NCBI GenBank assembly: GCA_002499545.1
Contig: DAME01000003.1
Coordinates: forward strand, 77,089 to 141,088
DNA: 64,000 nt
Direction of reading: 5' to 3'
Origin: Euryarchaeota archaeon UBA88
GTDB lineage: Archaea; Thermoplasmatota; Poseidoniia; Poseidoniales; Poseidoniaceae
In this document: positions 17,617 to 28,300 of the stretch, one piece after another
How positions within the stretch are numbered: the stretch's first letter is position 1
How the letters are laid out: every line of letters starts with the position of its first letter
The notes under the pieces: generated by a model
The model's database searches: none
What the model saw: only the letters and a program-made list of their open reading frames with translations
What the model was told of the DNA's origin: nothing
Position numbers and translations under genes: made by a program

Positions 17617-19194
17617 TCAACCGTTGATGCCGACCCACTTGTAGCGCCGTGCACCTTCATCAACACCTTCATCTCCGATTTCAACCAGCGCAAATTCACC
17701 TTGTGGCGTAACAACGCTGTCGTCTTGAAGGCCCTTGTGGAGGTTCTCATAGGTGACATGGTCAATAGCAATACGTCCAGCTAGACGCTCAAACAAATGC
17801 CAGCGAGAAACGACTTCTCTCCAACGTGGACTCACTTTGCCCTCGAACACCTTGGCTTTTGCTCCAGAACCATATCCGCAAAGTCCAAACAAGGCATTGT
17901 CGAGATTGCAGTTTTCTTCCAAATCAGATTCGAACGTTGACATCAAGGCGAGGAAAATCGAACCGGTGTATTGGTTTCCAATCAAACTGCTCGCACGCTG
18001 TCCTTTTTCGATGCGACTGGCGTGGAAATCAATGTACTCAGGTGTCTTTGAGATAGCTCGTCGATAGCCGTCCATGGCTTTCTCCCAGATCTCGATGATT
18101 TGGGGGTCGTCTGAGTTGTGCTCTTCAGGCATTGGACCGAGTTGCTCTGCGATTGATTGCCAAATTTCGGTATCCTGCCGGTCGTGCCTAAAGATGTCGG
18201 GGAACATACGCTTTGCTTGGAAGGCATAGGGGAGATGCATGATAATTCGAGACCATTGTTCAGTGAACCTCTCATCGTTTTCATGGGAATATCGACCCTG
18301 TTTTTCGGCCTTCTTGGAAAAATTATGGAATGCCTGTCGGACTGCATCTTGGTAGCATCGGTTTGAGAATTGTCCGTCGAAGATTGGGTCGTCACGATGA
18401 ACGCTCACTTTCTCTTCACCATGAGCAAAAATACCGAGTTTGCGAACAGTCGATTCTGGAAGGTGCCGGATCATGCGCTCAATCAAGCCCTTTTTCATCG
18501 TTTGACCGGTTTCTTGGGCAAGCTGTAGCACGTTTGAGATTACAGATCGAATACTGACTTCTCGTCGTGGTTTGAAGAAATCATGGACGGGTGTCGTTGA
18601 AACACCGATACAGTCTGGTATTTCGAGCAAGCGTGGGTTTCGGCGAATCAACAAAGCGCCACCACCGGCTCCTTGCGTGTATTCTCCAGACGATTCAAGT
18701 GCATACTTGGCGTTGTCTGAAAAAATGACAATACCTGTCCGCTCATCGGATTCAGTGGAGCGAGCGACCCAGTCGAGGGTTGTGTGAAGAGCGTCAACCG
18801 CTCCAATACAGGCAAACGTCATGTCAACTACGTCACAATTTCTAAAACAGTCTGCACCAAATCGTTCTGAATAACGTTGAGTGAGCATATCGACAATGTA
18901 GGTCGCAGTCGGCTTCGCGCCGTCAAGGGCTGATTCTGTACCGAGATACATTCGTCCAATCGTGTTTGGGTCAAGGCCGTTGCGATCGATGATTTGCATG
19001 ACGGCCATAGCACCCATTGTGGCGGTGTCTTCGTGCACGTCAGGAATCGCCATCGCTTCAAGGCCCAAGCCCTTGTTCAGCTTACCAAAATCTGCACCTC
19101 GCAGTTCTGCAAAATCCTTCATGTCCATGTAAAGACGAGGGAAATGAATTGCAATATCATCGATACCGACAGTCGCTTCACCGTTGTCACTCAT
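17617..19194 (-). CDS. HMG-CoA synthase, mvaS/eukaryote-like type
   Basis: VGIDDIAIHFPRLYMDMKDFAE, GTESALDGAKP, MTFACIGAVDAL (Cys nucleophile region), EYTQGAGGGALLI and NQYTGSIFLAL align by eye to bacterial MvaS. I take Met21 (19194) as the start; the track ORF starts at 19254. Confidence 0.8.
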   Translation of the reverse strand: MSDNGEATVGIDDIAIHFPRLYMDMKDFAELRGADFGKLNKGLGLEAMAIPDVHEDTATMGAMAVMQIIDRNGLDPNTIGRMYLGTESALDGAKPTATYIVDMLTQRYSERFGADCFRNCDVVDMTFACIGAVDALHTTLDWVARSTESDERTGIVIFSDNAKYALESSGEYTQGAGGGALLIRRNPRLLEIPDCIGVSTTPVHDFFKPRREVSIRSVISNVLQLAQETGQTMKKGLIERMIRHLPESTVRKLGIFAHGEEKVSVHRDDPIFDGQFSNRCYQDAVRQAFHNFSKKAEKQGRYSHENDERFTEQWSRIIMHLPYAFQAKRMFPDIFRHDRQDTEIWQSIAEQLGPMPEEHNSDDPQIIEIWEKAMDGYRRAISKTPEYIDFHASRIEKGQRASSLIGNQYTGSIFLALMSTFESDLEENCNLDNALFGLCGYGSGAKAKVFEGKVSPRWREVVSRWHLFERLAGRIAIDHVTYENLHKGLQDDSVVTPQGEFALVEIGDEGVDEGARRYKWVGING

Positions 19195-19266
19195 CAACAC
19201 TACTCGTATCGGCCCCCTATTTGAAAGAGCATCATGAAAAAAAAAACAATTCATCGTTTCAGAACA

Positions 19267-20856
19267 TTAATCCATTTCTGGGACCTCTGCCATTGCTGGG
19301 TCTTGCCGTGCCCAAAGAACATCATCGATTCTCAGTATTGAAATTGCAGCCTCGGTAGCACCTGCAATTGACTGGAAGGCGATCCCATACGGTTCCAAAA
19401 CGCCGCTTTCGACCATGTTAGATGGATTGCGAGCAAGTACATTCAATCCTATTTGGTCTGCATCTGCTCCGCCGTTTGATTGAGCAGCAACAAGTTTCAG
19501 CAAGGTATCAATCGGGTCAAGTCCGGCGTTTTCGGCAAGAACTCGCGGAATGACTTCTAGTGCGTCGGCAAATGCCTCTGCTCCGAGTTGTTCGCGACCT
19601 GGAATTGATTCAGCAAAACGGCGAAGTCGTCGAGCAAGCGCAACGTGCGTTGCCCCACCGCCAGGTAATAATCGGTCGTCTTCGACCAATCGGCACGCTA
19701 CTCCAAGTGCATCTGCAAAACTTCTCTCGACTTCTCCAACAATTGTTTCAGTGCTTCCACACGCAATGAGTGTCGCACCGCCTTCTTCTGTCTCAACAAT
19801 CCAATGAACGACACCTGCCCAATTCTCGTTTTTACTCGAGATGAATGCGCCCAAATCTTTCGAAGTAGAGCGTTGAACATCGTGAACTAGAGTAGCGCCA
19901 CAGCCACGAGCAAGTAAATCGAGGTCGGAGCGGGCAACGCGACGGAAGGCTTGGATACCGGCTTCGTTCAAGAGTACTCGGGCTTCATCATCGACACCCT
20001 CTTTGCATGCAAGAAGAGACACACCCAGAGATTTGATATGCTCCACCTGTTGCTGGAGAAGTTCGATTTCCTTCTTACGGAACGAATCAAGCACCCCGGT
20101 TGAGGTAACATTGATTTTCATGTCGCTCATTAGTGCCCTTCGTTCGATTCCTCCATCAATCAACAGGATTTTTCCAGACCCGATGCTGCGCGGCATTTCT
20201 TGATGTATTCGATTTTTAGCTAAAACCAAGCCAGTAACAAGACGGGTATCTTGGATACTTCCGCCCGCTTGAGGCAAAACTTTCACTCGTGTCGGGTCGG
20301 CTGAAGTACCCGATGCATCGTCAAAGCGAACAGCTTGTGCAGCATCCAGAGCAAGCGTTGCCAGAAGAGACTGCATCGCTTCATGCCCCTTTCCAGATAA
20401 TGAGGTCTTGGTTGCCTGAAGCAGTTGTTCCCTTGAAGAATTCAATGCCAGGCTACCAAGGAGTTCTCGAACGTGTTCTTCTGCCATACGAAAGCCACGA
20501 GCGATGATAGCTGGATGAACACCTTGGGTGACCAAATGCCACGAATTTTGAAGCATTTCTGCTGACAGTAAAACGGTCGAAGTGGTCCCGTCACGAGCAA
20601 TTTTATCTTGAATCGACGAGGCGTTGATCATCATTCTGGCAACTGGATGTTCGACCTTCGCAGATTCAAGAACTGTTACACCATCGTTTGTGACCAGTGT
20701 ACGGCCGTCATCATCGATGAGAAGTTTATCCAAGCCCGACGGTCCAAGTGTTGAGCGTACAGCACTGGCCAAAGCCATGGCTGCTTGGATGTTATTCTGA
20801 AGGGCAGAGCGACCCGTGGTACGCTCGGTATCCCTGAGAAGTGGAACATCGCTCAT
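19267..20856 (-). CDS. ths: Thermosome (group II chaperonin) subunit
   Basis: TLGPSGLDKLLIDDDGRTLVTNDGVTVL, LPGGGATHVALA and VLEPYGIAFQSI. Start taken at Met7 with GGTGGA upstream (the track ORF starts at GTG 20874). Confidence 0.92.
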   Translation of the reverse strand: MSDVPLLRDTERTTGRSALQNNIQAAMALASAVRSTLGPSGLDKLLIDDDGRTLVTNDGVTVLESAKVEHPVARMMINASSIQDKIARDGTTSTVLLSAEMLQNSWHLVTQGVHPAIIARGFRMAEEHVRELLGSLALNSSREQLLQATKTSLSGKGHEAMQSLLATLALDAAQAVRFDDASGTSADPTRVKVLPQAGGSIQDTRLVTGLVLAKNRIHQEMPRSIGSGKILLIDGGIERRALMSDMKINVTSTGVLDSFRKKEIELLQQQVEHIKSLGVSLLACKEGVDDEARVLLNEAGIQAFRRVARSDLDLLARGCGATLVHDVQRSTSKDLGAFISSKNENWAGVVHWIVETEEGGATLIACGSTETIVGEVERSFADALGVACRLVEDDRLLPGGGATHVALARRLRRFAESIPGREQLGAEAFADALEVIPRVLAENAGLDPIDTLLKLVAAQSNGGADADQIGLNVLARNPSNMVESGVLEPYGIAFQSIAGATEAAISILRIDDVLWARQDPAMAEVPEMD

Positions 20857-20906
20857 AGCATGTCCACCAATCACTTCGCCATAAGTTCAACTATGGCAGA
20901 CAGTGC

Positions 20907-22799
20907 TCAATCTTCGTCATCTTCAACGACTTCAAAGTCAGCGTCGACGACATCGTCGCCTCCAACTTCAATGTCCCCGTCTTCAGATGATCCGTCTTGT
21001 TCTGCCATTTCGGCAGCGGCCGCTTCGTAGAGCTTAGCAGAAACTGCATGCATGGATTCTTCGATTTCCTTGACCTTTGCTTGGATTGCAGCGTCGTCAA
21101 TTTCATCGATGTCAAGAGGCTTACCATCATCGTCTTGAACCATCTTTTCAAGTTCATCGAGGAAGGCCTTCACAGGGTCAACATCAGCATCATCGAGTTT
21201 GTCTGCCGATTCGTCAAGGGTTCGACGAGTTTGGTAGACCACTTGGTCTGCCATGTTTCGCAATTCTACCTTTGCTTTGCGAAGTTGGTCTTCTTCGGCA
21301 AACTTTTCGGCTTCAGCAATCTTTGCTTGGATTTCGTCTTCGGAAAGCGAGGTTTGTGACTCAATCTTGACCGATTGCTCGGTTCCAGTCCCCATGTCCT
21401 TAGCACTCACATTGACGATGCCGTTTGCATCGATGTCGAAGGTGACTTCGATTTGTGGTACGCCCCGTGGTGCTGCAGGAATTCCCATCAAAGTGAATTC
21501 ACCTAGCGTTACGTTGTCCTTGGCGAAATTACGTTCTCCTTGAAGCACGTGGATGGTGACTGCAGGTTGATTGTCGCTCGCAGTTGAATAGATTTCAGAA
21601 CGGCGAGCAGGGATAGTCGTGTTGCGCTCAATCATGGTCGTCATGACACCTCCGAGGGTCTCAATCCCGAGTGTCAACGGTGTGACGTCGAGCAGGAGGA
21701 TGTCTGAAACACCCTCGTCGCCGGCGATGATTCCTGCTTGAAGTGCGGCGCCCATTGCCACTGCTTCGTCAGGATTGATGCCCTTGTAAGGTGCCTTACC
21801 AGCTTCCTTCTCAACGGCTTCTTGCACGGCAGGAACGCGAGTTGAACCACCGACTAAGATAACTTTGTCGACATCGCCTTTCTTGACACCAGCATCTTTC
21901 ATTGCTTGGCGCGTCGGGCCCATGGTCGCTTCGATGAGTTTCGAAATCAGGTCTTCGAACTTTGCACGGCTTAGTGTCATGTCCATGTGCTCCGGTTGAC
22001 CGTCCCGCATTGTAATGAACGGGAGGTTGATTTGGGTTTGTTGCGTTCCAGAAAGTTCGATCTTGGCCTTTTCAGCAGCTTCCTTGAGACGAGACATGGC
22101 TTGTGCGTCCTTGGATAGATCAATGCCCGTATCACGCTTAAACTCCGAGACCATCCAATCAATGACGTGGTCGTCGAAATCATCGCCACCCAGTTTGTTG
22201 TTACCTGCGGTTGCCTTTACTTCGATTTGGGGTTGGCCATCGACCTGGTAGATTTCAAGAACGGATACGTCAAACGTTCCGCCACCTAAATCGTACACGA
22301 GAATTGTTTGGTCTTCGCCCTTATCAACGCCGTATGCGAGTGCAGCAGCAGTCGGTTCGTTGATGATTCGGAGAACTTCCAAACCGGCAATTCGTCCAGC
22401 GTCCTTGGTTGCAGTTCGTTGGGCGTCAGTGAAATAGGCAGGACAGGTGATGACCGCTTGCTTCACTTCATGGCCGAGGTAAGCCTCTGCATCAGCTTTC
22501 AGCTTTTGCAGAATGAATGCCGAAATTTCTTGAGGCGTGTAATTGGTTCCATCAATTTCCGTGTTCCAATCAGTTCCCATGTGGCGCTTGACAGAAAGCA
22601 TTGTTCGGTCGGTATTGGTGACGGCTTGACGTTTTGCCGTGACACCAATCATTCGTTCGCTGCCGTCTTTGGCAAATGCCACAACGGAAGGGGTCGTTCG
22701 TGCGCCTTCTGCATTGGCAATAACAACGGGTTCTCCGTTTTCTATCGTCGCCACACAGCTGTTTGTTGTTCCTAGATCTATTCCGATTACTTTACTCAT
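20907..22799 (-). CDS. dnaK: Hsp70 chaperone DnaK
   Basis: [22 protein letters not shown] and [15 protein letters not shown], with an acidic C-terminus. Start taken at Met6 with GGAAGTGA upstream (the track ORF starts at 22814). Confidence 0.95.
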   Translation of the reverse strand: MSKVIGIDLGTTNSCVATIENGEPVVIANAEGARTTPSVVAFAKDGSERMIGVTAKRQAVTNTDRTMLSVKRHMGTDWNTEIDGTNYTPQEISAFILQKLKADAEAYLGHEVKQAVITCPAYFTDAQRTATKDAGRIAGLEVLRIINEPTAAALAYGVDKGEDQTILVYDLGGGTFDVSVLEIYQVDGQPQIEVKATAGNNKLGGDDFDDHVIDWMVSEFKRDTGIDLSKDAQAMSRLKEAAEKAKIELSGTQQTQINLPFITMRDGQPEHMDMTLSRAKFEDLISKLIEATMGPTRQAMKDAGVKKGDVDKVILVGGSTRVPAVQEAVEKEAGKAPYKGINPDEAVAMGAALQAGIIAGDEGVSDILLLDVTPLTLGIETLGGVMTTMIERNTTIPARRSEIYSTASDNQPAVTIHVLQGERNFAKDNVTLGEFTLMGIPAAPRGVPQIEVTFDIDANGIVNVSAKDMGTGTEQSVKIESQTSLSEDEIQAKIAEAEKFAEEDQLRKAKVELRNMADQVVYQTRRTLDESADKLDDADVDPVKAFLDELEKMVQDDDGKPLDIDEIDDAAIQAKVKEIEESMHAVSAKLYEAAAAEMAEQDGSSEDGDIEVGGDDVVDADFEVVEDDED

Positions 22800-22820
22800 T
22801 TTTTTCACTTCCATATTTTA

Positions 22821-23537
22821 TCAAAAGATGGGGATTCCACCATCGTCTTCATCATCGTCACTTGAATCATCTCCAACTTCAATGTGAACATCTGTTGAGG
22901 GGAGGGGGGTGTCATCGCCTTCGTCTTCGTCGGTTGAAGCTGTTTCTACTGCTGAGCCTTGAGGAGTCAACTTGAGCGTGATGTCAAGAATACCATTGTT
23001 CAGGCTCCAATCGACAACATCGTCACAGGGATGAGGGAGTTCGACTCGAGCCAGAGGAGAAGATTGTGTCTGCTTCATGATTTCAAGTTGATTTCCATCC
23101 TTCACTAGAGAGAGTTCGACTTCGCTTTCTTCAACATCGCCTTTGAGAGTGAAATCGATGGTCACAGCCATGTTCCATCCGTCGAGATAAATGTCATCAG
23201 TTGGAAGTTTCATCACTTCGTCAGAAGAATCGCTAAGTTCTGGTGCATTGACTTCGATTGGATTTGCATCGACCTGGATGTCCATACCAAAATTTTGGAG
23301 AATGTCTTCAATCGACTTTCCTTTTTCAAACATCTTTCCGATTTGTGAGAGGTCGAAGTTGAAGTTTACGTCGCCCTTAGCAATTTTTTCAGCATCGAGG
23401 CCGAGACTTTCAAATTGCGAACGAAACTGTTCCATTAGAGCACGTATTTGCTTCTTATCGAGATTCATACCCATGTTTCGAAACATTTCAGCGAGCTGCT
23501 CAATTAATTTTTCTTCCCAATCGTCTTTATTTGACAT
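22821..23537 (-). CDS. Acidic protein with C-terminal Hsp20/alpha-crystallin-like domain and terminal I-P-I motif
   Basis: 238 aa. aa ~120-195 (WNMAVTIDFTLKGDVEESEVELSLVKDGNQLEI...ARVELPHP...WSLNNGILDITLKL) resembles an sHSP/p23 beta-sandwich. The tail is D/E-rich and ends GGIPIF. No GrpE signature recognised. Confidence 0.45.
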   Translation of the reverse strand: MSNKDDWEEKLIEQLAEMFRNMGMNLDKKQIRALMEQFRSQFESLGLDAEKIAKGDVNFNFDLSQIGKMFEKGKSIEDILQNFGMDIQVDANPIEVNAPELSDSSDEVMKLPTDDIYLDGWNMAVTIDFTLKGDVEESEVELSLVKDGNQLEIMKQTQSSPLARVELPHPCDDVVDWSLNNGILDITLKLTPQGSAVETASTDEDEGDDTPLPSTDVHIEVGDDSSDDDEDDGGIPIF

Positions 23538-23698
23538 TGCAAATCCCCACTACTGAACCATCGGTTACATAATGCCGTGGGAGTCACCCTATATCAATGT
23601 CACGAAAACACGCTTACCAATCCCACACCCTGTAAGAAAATGGCAACGAGCACCAACTTAAGACTCCTTTCAAGTGGTTATGTTGTGGAAAGTCTTTC

Positions 23699-24097
23699 AT
23701 GTCAATGCCAACTCCAAGGCACATGACTGAGTTCGTGGAATCGGCTGAATCTGAGAGCACTACTCGAGTATCAGAAATCGTTGGTGGCCTGTTTGCGGTG
23801 TGCTTTGGATTACCGTTCACACTGGTTCCACTCATGCTTGTCCCAATCGCTTTTATTGACGCTGAAAACGGCCTGTTCATGCAAATATTTCTGATTGCTT
23901 TTTCGTTACCGTTCTTGTTTGCTGGACTTGCTGTTCAGTTTACGGGATTCCAATCTATTCGCAACGGACTGTTCCCTAAAGCGAAGGAACTTGAACACGT
24001 GGTGCAGGATGCGACCAAGGATATCTCCGCTTTTGAGCAAGCCGCACTCCAAGAAGTCGGCGATGTGGAGAAAGAAAATTTCTGGGATACGGTTTGA
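23699..24097 (+). CDS. Hypothetical small membrane protein (2-3 TM)
   Basis: 132-aa ORF with two clear hydrophobic helices. No recognised family. Confidence 0.5.
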   Translation: MSMPTPRHMTEFVESAESESTTRVSEIVGGLFAVCFGLPFTLVPLMLVPIAFIDAENGLFMQIFLIAFSLPFLFAGLAVQFTGFQSIRNGLFPKAKELEHVVQDATKDISAFEQAALQEVGDVEKENFWDTV

Positions 24098-24154
24098 GCA
24101 TAATCGCCGTGGCCCAATGCATGGTTTCAAAAGCCGAAGCACTGGTTTAGGGCT

Positions 24155-24607
24155 ATGGAGGAGGTTGACGAAGTTGTTGAAAGCAACGAAAAACCTCTCA
24201 AAGCATTGTGGAAGTACATCGCTGGCTCCACTCTTATCGCTTCGATGTGTTGCCTCCCCTCGGTAGTAATGGTCATGCTGGGCTTGGCTACTGTTTCGAC
24301 GGGTGCAGCACTGTCCAACACCCTGTATTGGGGTGAAGACGGATACGGCTGGTTTAGAGAAGGCATGTTGCTGGTTGCTCTACTTTGTTCGGTCATCGGA
24401 TTGGTGTTCTTCTTTCGAAATCAGGGAATCTGCACATTGGACCAGGCGAAGCGAAATCGTCGGAAAATCATCAACACGTCATTACTTGTGATCAGTGTCA
24501 GTTATTTGATGTATCTCGTATTCAACTACGTGATTTTAACCGAGCTCGGTATTGCACTCGGATTGCCTTGGGAATCAAGCAGGGACAGTTACATGTTCTG
24601 GAAATAA
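24155..24607 (+). CDS. Hypothetical membrane protein with CC-x-P motif in TM1 (weakly MerT-like)
   Basis: 150 aa. LIASMCCLPSVVMVMLGL recalls the MerT TM1 CCxxP motif. 3-4 TM. Assignment is weak. Confidence 0.45.
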   Translation: MEEVDEVVESNEKPLKALWKYIAGSTLIASMCCLPSVVMVMLGLATVSTGAALSNTLYWGEDGYGWFREGMLLVALLCSVIGLVFFFRNQGICTLDQAKRNRRKIINTSLLVISVSYLMYLVFNYVILTELGIALGLPWESSRDSYMFWK

Positions 24608-25363
24608 TCACACATTCCCTCTGACCGTCTTGCAACCCACGCCCCATTCCTGTTCCTGCATTGCAGAACGTGTCGCATCGAGTAACTCATCTTCTGCCGA
24701 GTATACACGCTCGCTCCCCTTCTTCCAAGCAAGCGCCATTTGAACTCCATCAAAACTCCAACTTTTCAATTGAATTTTTGATTTTTCAATTGATATTTCC
24801 TCATTTCTCTCTTCAATTGGAATTTTAATTAAGCGAGGGTTGAGATGCATCCCTAACTGCATGGCTTTTTGGACAGCTTCTTTCGAAGTCCATAGCTCAA
24901 TAGCCCGGTCAGAATTAGAACGAAGCCACCGCAACTCCTCCCCCTTAGCCATCATGTCAAATGCATTGGCAGCGATACCTCGCTGAGCATCTTCTGCATC
25001 AAAACCGACCGACCAGCCATGTTCTGCCAAAGCCACATACGCCCATCCACTGGAATGGCATACGCTCATTGCAGGCAAAGGTGAATTAAGCCACACACCA
25101 GGTAGATACGAAAGCACTGGAGCCCGCTGTGACGTACGAAGGACTTCAATCGCAGAGACTTCAAGACCCCATTCTCGCAGTGCTTCACCCAATAGCCAAC
25201 GCCCACTGAGATGTTCATTCATACGCTTGGCTGTGGCGAAGGTTGCCACTTCATCAATCTGGGCCAGTCCTACGAGTTCGACCGCGACTGTACGAACACG
25301 GGTCCTAAAAAGTCGCATCTGTATTGGAATAGAAAACGGAGGAAACACTTCCTCGACTGTCAT
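24608..25363 (-). CDS. 4'-phosphopantetheinyl transferase, Sfp type
   Basis: GFDAEDAQ (G-x-D motif) and WTSKEAVQKAMQLG ((F/W)-x-x-KE-A-x-x-K motif). The ATG lies 9 nt after the megasynthase stop, with GGTGG in between. Confidence 0.85.
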   Translation of the reverse strand: MTVEEVFPPFSIPIQMRLFRTRVRTVAVELVGLAQIDEVATFATAKRMNEHLSGRWLLGEALREWGLEVSAIEVLRTSQRAPVLSYLPGVWLNSPLPAMSVCHSSGWAYVALAEHGWSVGFDAEDAQRGIAANAFDMMAKGEELRWLRSNSDRAIELWTSKEAVQKAMQLGMHLNPRLIKIPIEERNEEISIEKSKIQLKSWSFDGVQMALAWKKGSERVYSAEDELLDATRSAMQEQEWGVGCKTVRGNV

Positions 25364-25372
25364 AGTACCACC

Positions 25373-28300
25373 TCAGCGTTCAAGCGTGAACGCTTGTTCA
25401 TCAGGCACTGGAGCCATACTCTTGAGCCGCAGCCCCTTCATTGCGATGACTGGAGCGTCGTCGTCCCCGATAATCACAACATCGTGTACTGTGATACCGG
25501 CATCTTCCACCGATGTGCGTAGACTTCGCATGCGGAGTACTTCATCGCGTTCAGGAACCCGAAGCATCGACGACCACTCAATCCCAACAGGCAGTGACGA
25601 GAAACCTTCAGATTCCATCGCCACCAAGCCAGCGTTCTGGAAACCAGCCTCGATCAACATCGGTAAAGCTTCCAACAACACGACCTCGCCCTGAGTCTCC
25701 AAAGCAAACTGGTCGAGAACTGGGAGTTGGTGCCGCATGAGGGCAATTCCATCTGCTCCGGGCGTCTCCACATCCCCAACACCGCGAAGGACACCTCCGT
25801 GTGATTGGAATCGAGGTCCGTGGAAGTATCGCCTGTAAATGAAGGACGGCAACTCGGAAAGTTCACCCATGGCTGGAGTACCAATGTGAGGCAGCGCATC
25901 AACCTCAGATTGTAGGAAAGGTCCAAGGTCGTCGTGCAGTTCAACGAGACGTACAACAGCGACATGATGTTCCCGTTGTCCGAACACCTCCCCTTTCGAG
26001 TTGGTGAGATCCGAAAGAAGCTGGCATGAAACCCAACTCATGCCACCTTCACTGCGGAGTAAATCACATTGTACGCGTACCGTCATCGCACCCCTTAGCA
26101 ACTTTACTGGCAAACCAAAAGTGACTTCTTCAAATCCAGCCAAGCATGCGGAAGGACGCAGGAGTAAAGCCCCCTCTGCAAACATCTCCAGTGCCATTAC
26201 ACCAGGATGGTAGGGCACGCCATCGATGGCGTGGTCTGACAAGAATGGATGGTCAGCCACAGAGAGAGTAGATTGAGTGGTCAGTGTCGTGCCCTCCGAA
26301 TAATCTAGAACCTTATCGATGAATGGGAACCTGTAAGGGTCTGCCAGTATTGCTGCCATTTCAGCAGGTAATCGAAGTGGTGATTCACGGAACACATCGT
26401 GAACGTCCATGAGACCAAGTCGCCCACATCCCAGAACCCGGCGCTTCCCACCTTTCAGAGCCTCGTCAACGAATATTTCAACGCCTTTTTCTACTGAAAT
26501 AGTATCGATACCTGCTGCATCGAAAACGGCTTGGAACGACCCTCGTGTTGCCATTCCAACATCGCGCCATCCCGTCCATGCAATGGATACTGCTCTGCAC
26601 GTTCCAGTTGCTGTAAGGCGGGCCATCTCTGCATCAAGTACGCTGTTCGCAGCAGCATAATCGGTCTGTCCATTGTTACCAAATCGCCCAGCTACGCTGG
26701 TGAAACATGCAGCAAAGCGTAATCCATCGCTTTGGGATGCTTCTACTGCCGCTATCAAGGCCTGCCATCCATCGACCTTCACTCGAACCACGTTGTCGAA
26801 CACTTGATTGTCCTTGTCAGCGACGAGTTTCGAATCTTCAAGACCTGCGCCGTGCACTATGCCTGTGATTGGGCGACCAAGTTGACTTCCAACCTTCTTC
26901 AACCCGTCAACATCAGTTACATTCACTGAATGATAGGATGCAGTATTACCCGTATCCTCGATGGTCTTGATGGTGAGGTGCACGTCTCGGCTTCGGGTGA
27001 AGTTCTGCCAAGCGTTGTTCCATTCAACCATAGTGACCTTATCACCGTTTTTGGCATCAATCATAGAACTACGAAGAGCGTTTTTGCGGTCTGATAGTTG
27101 TTCATCAGACCAAGCAAGCCATTCGTTGGTTTCTTCGATGAGGTGTGATCGTCCAAGCAATGCAAAGTGTGCTCCGATGTTTGAAGACTGCTGAGCAACG
27201 CCAATTATTGAAGCAGCGGTAACACCAGACCCGCCTCCTGAAACAATCCACGTATCGTCGGACTTGAGAGGCGTTTCGACGTTCGACGAATCCTCGGCGA
27301 AGGCGACAAGCGTCCAACGACGTCCATCTCTATCAAGACCGATTTCGACCTCACCTCCGATATTGAACAAGTCGTGTTCAACTTGTAGCGCCGCCTCGTC
27401 TGCATCAAGAATCAATTCAGGATGAAGGTCCAGTGCGCGTGAACGGACATGCTGCCGTTCAAAGGAATACGATTTGGTCACGCCAGATGCGGCACATTGA
27501 ACGGCATTGAATCGCTCACCAATATTTCCGTGCCGTCCATCAAGGGCCGTAACTGATGCAACCAAGCCATCATTGCGGGTTGAAAGGGCGGCATCGAAGC
27601 CTTTCAACAGCCCGAAGTAACCGTGTGCTGCTAAAGCGATTTGAGAGGAAGGAATGGTATCTTCAACCCACGATGCACCGGCCAGCTTGAGAGGGGCCAT
27701 GTGGACAATTCCAGCCACATTGTGAGAGGAAAGTTCACTGCATACTTTCGCAATGTGTTCGGGGTTGGCAGGATCTGCACGGAAGACCGTTCGTTGACCC
27801 TCCATTTGTGTTGACATGTCACGGATATCGCTTTCAAACCCAACTCGAACAGCTGCAAGTCCGCGGGCTTCTATTTTCTGACATAGTGCCTCTGCGATGC
27901 CCCAGCCATCGTCGGTCACCACGATGGTGCCTTCCAGCGAGAGTGGCGAACTGGTACCTTGGCACTCCTCGACCTCAACTTGCCAGCGTCGGCACGGATC
28001 GGGTGAATCATCCAGCAGCAGCGTTTCAGCAACCGCGAAGTCGCTTGGTTGAGCATGTTCAACGGGTGCGATAGAAATTTCAGTCGCTGAACCTCCCCTC
28101 ATAAGAACGATGTAAGCGATGAAATGATTCAATGTTGGATGGTCAGACAGAATAAATTCTTCATCGATAGGAAGTTCGAATGCATCGCGTACATCGCCCA
28201 TGATTTCGGCTTGCTTGACCGTATCAATTCCCAATTCACCCTCAAGGTCTTGGTCCAACTCGATGAAATCGCTTGGGTAACCGGTGTGCTTGACAACGAT

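Noticed and set aside
17617-19194. The HMG-CoA synthase considered as a beta-branching (PksG/HCS cassette) partner of the megasynthase.
   Set aside because: It is separated from the operon by four or more unrelated genes (thermosome, dnaK, the sHSP-like gene, membrane proteins). It lacks the accompanying ECH/KS0/ACP cassette genes. An archaeon needs a mevalonate-pathway HMGCS anyway.
22821-23537. Annotating the gene upstream of dnaK as grpE on the basis of position.
   Set aside because: I could not find the GrpE coiled-coil plus beta-domain signature. The C-terminal half looks like an Hsp20/p23-type beta-sandwich with an I-P-I tail instead.
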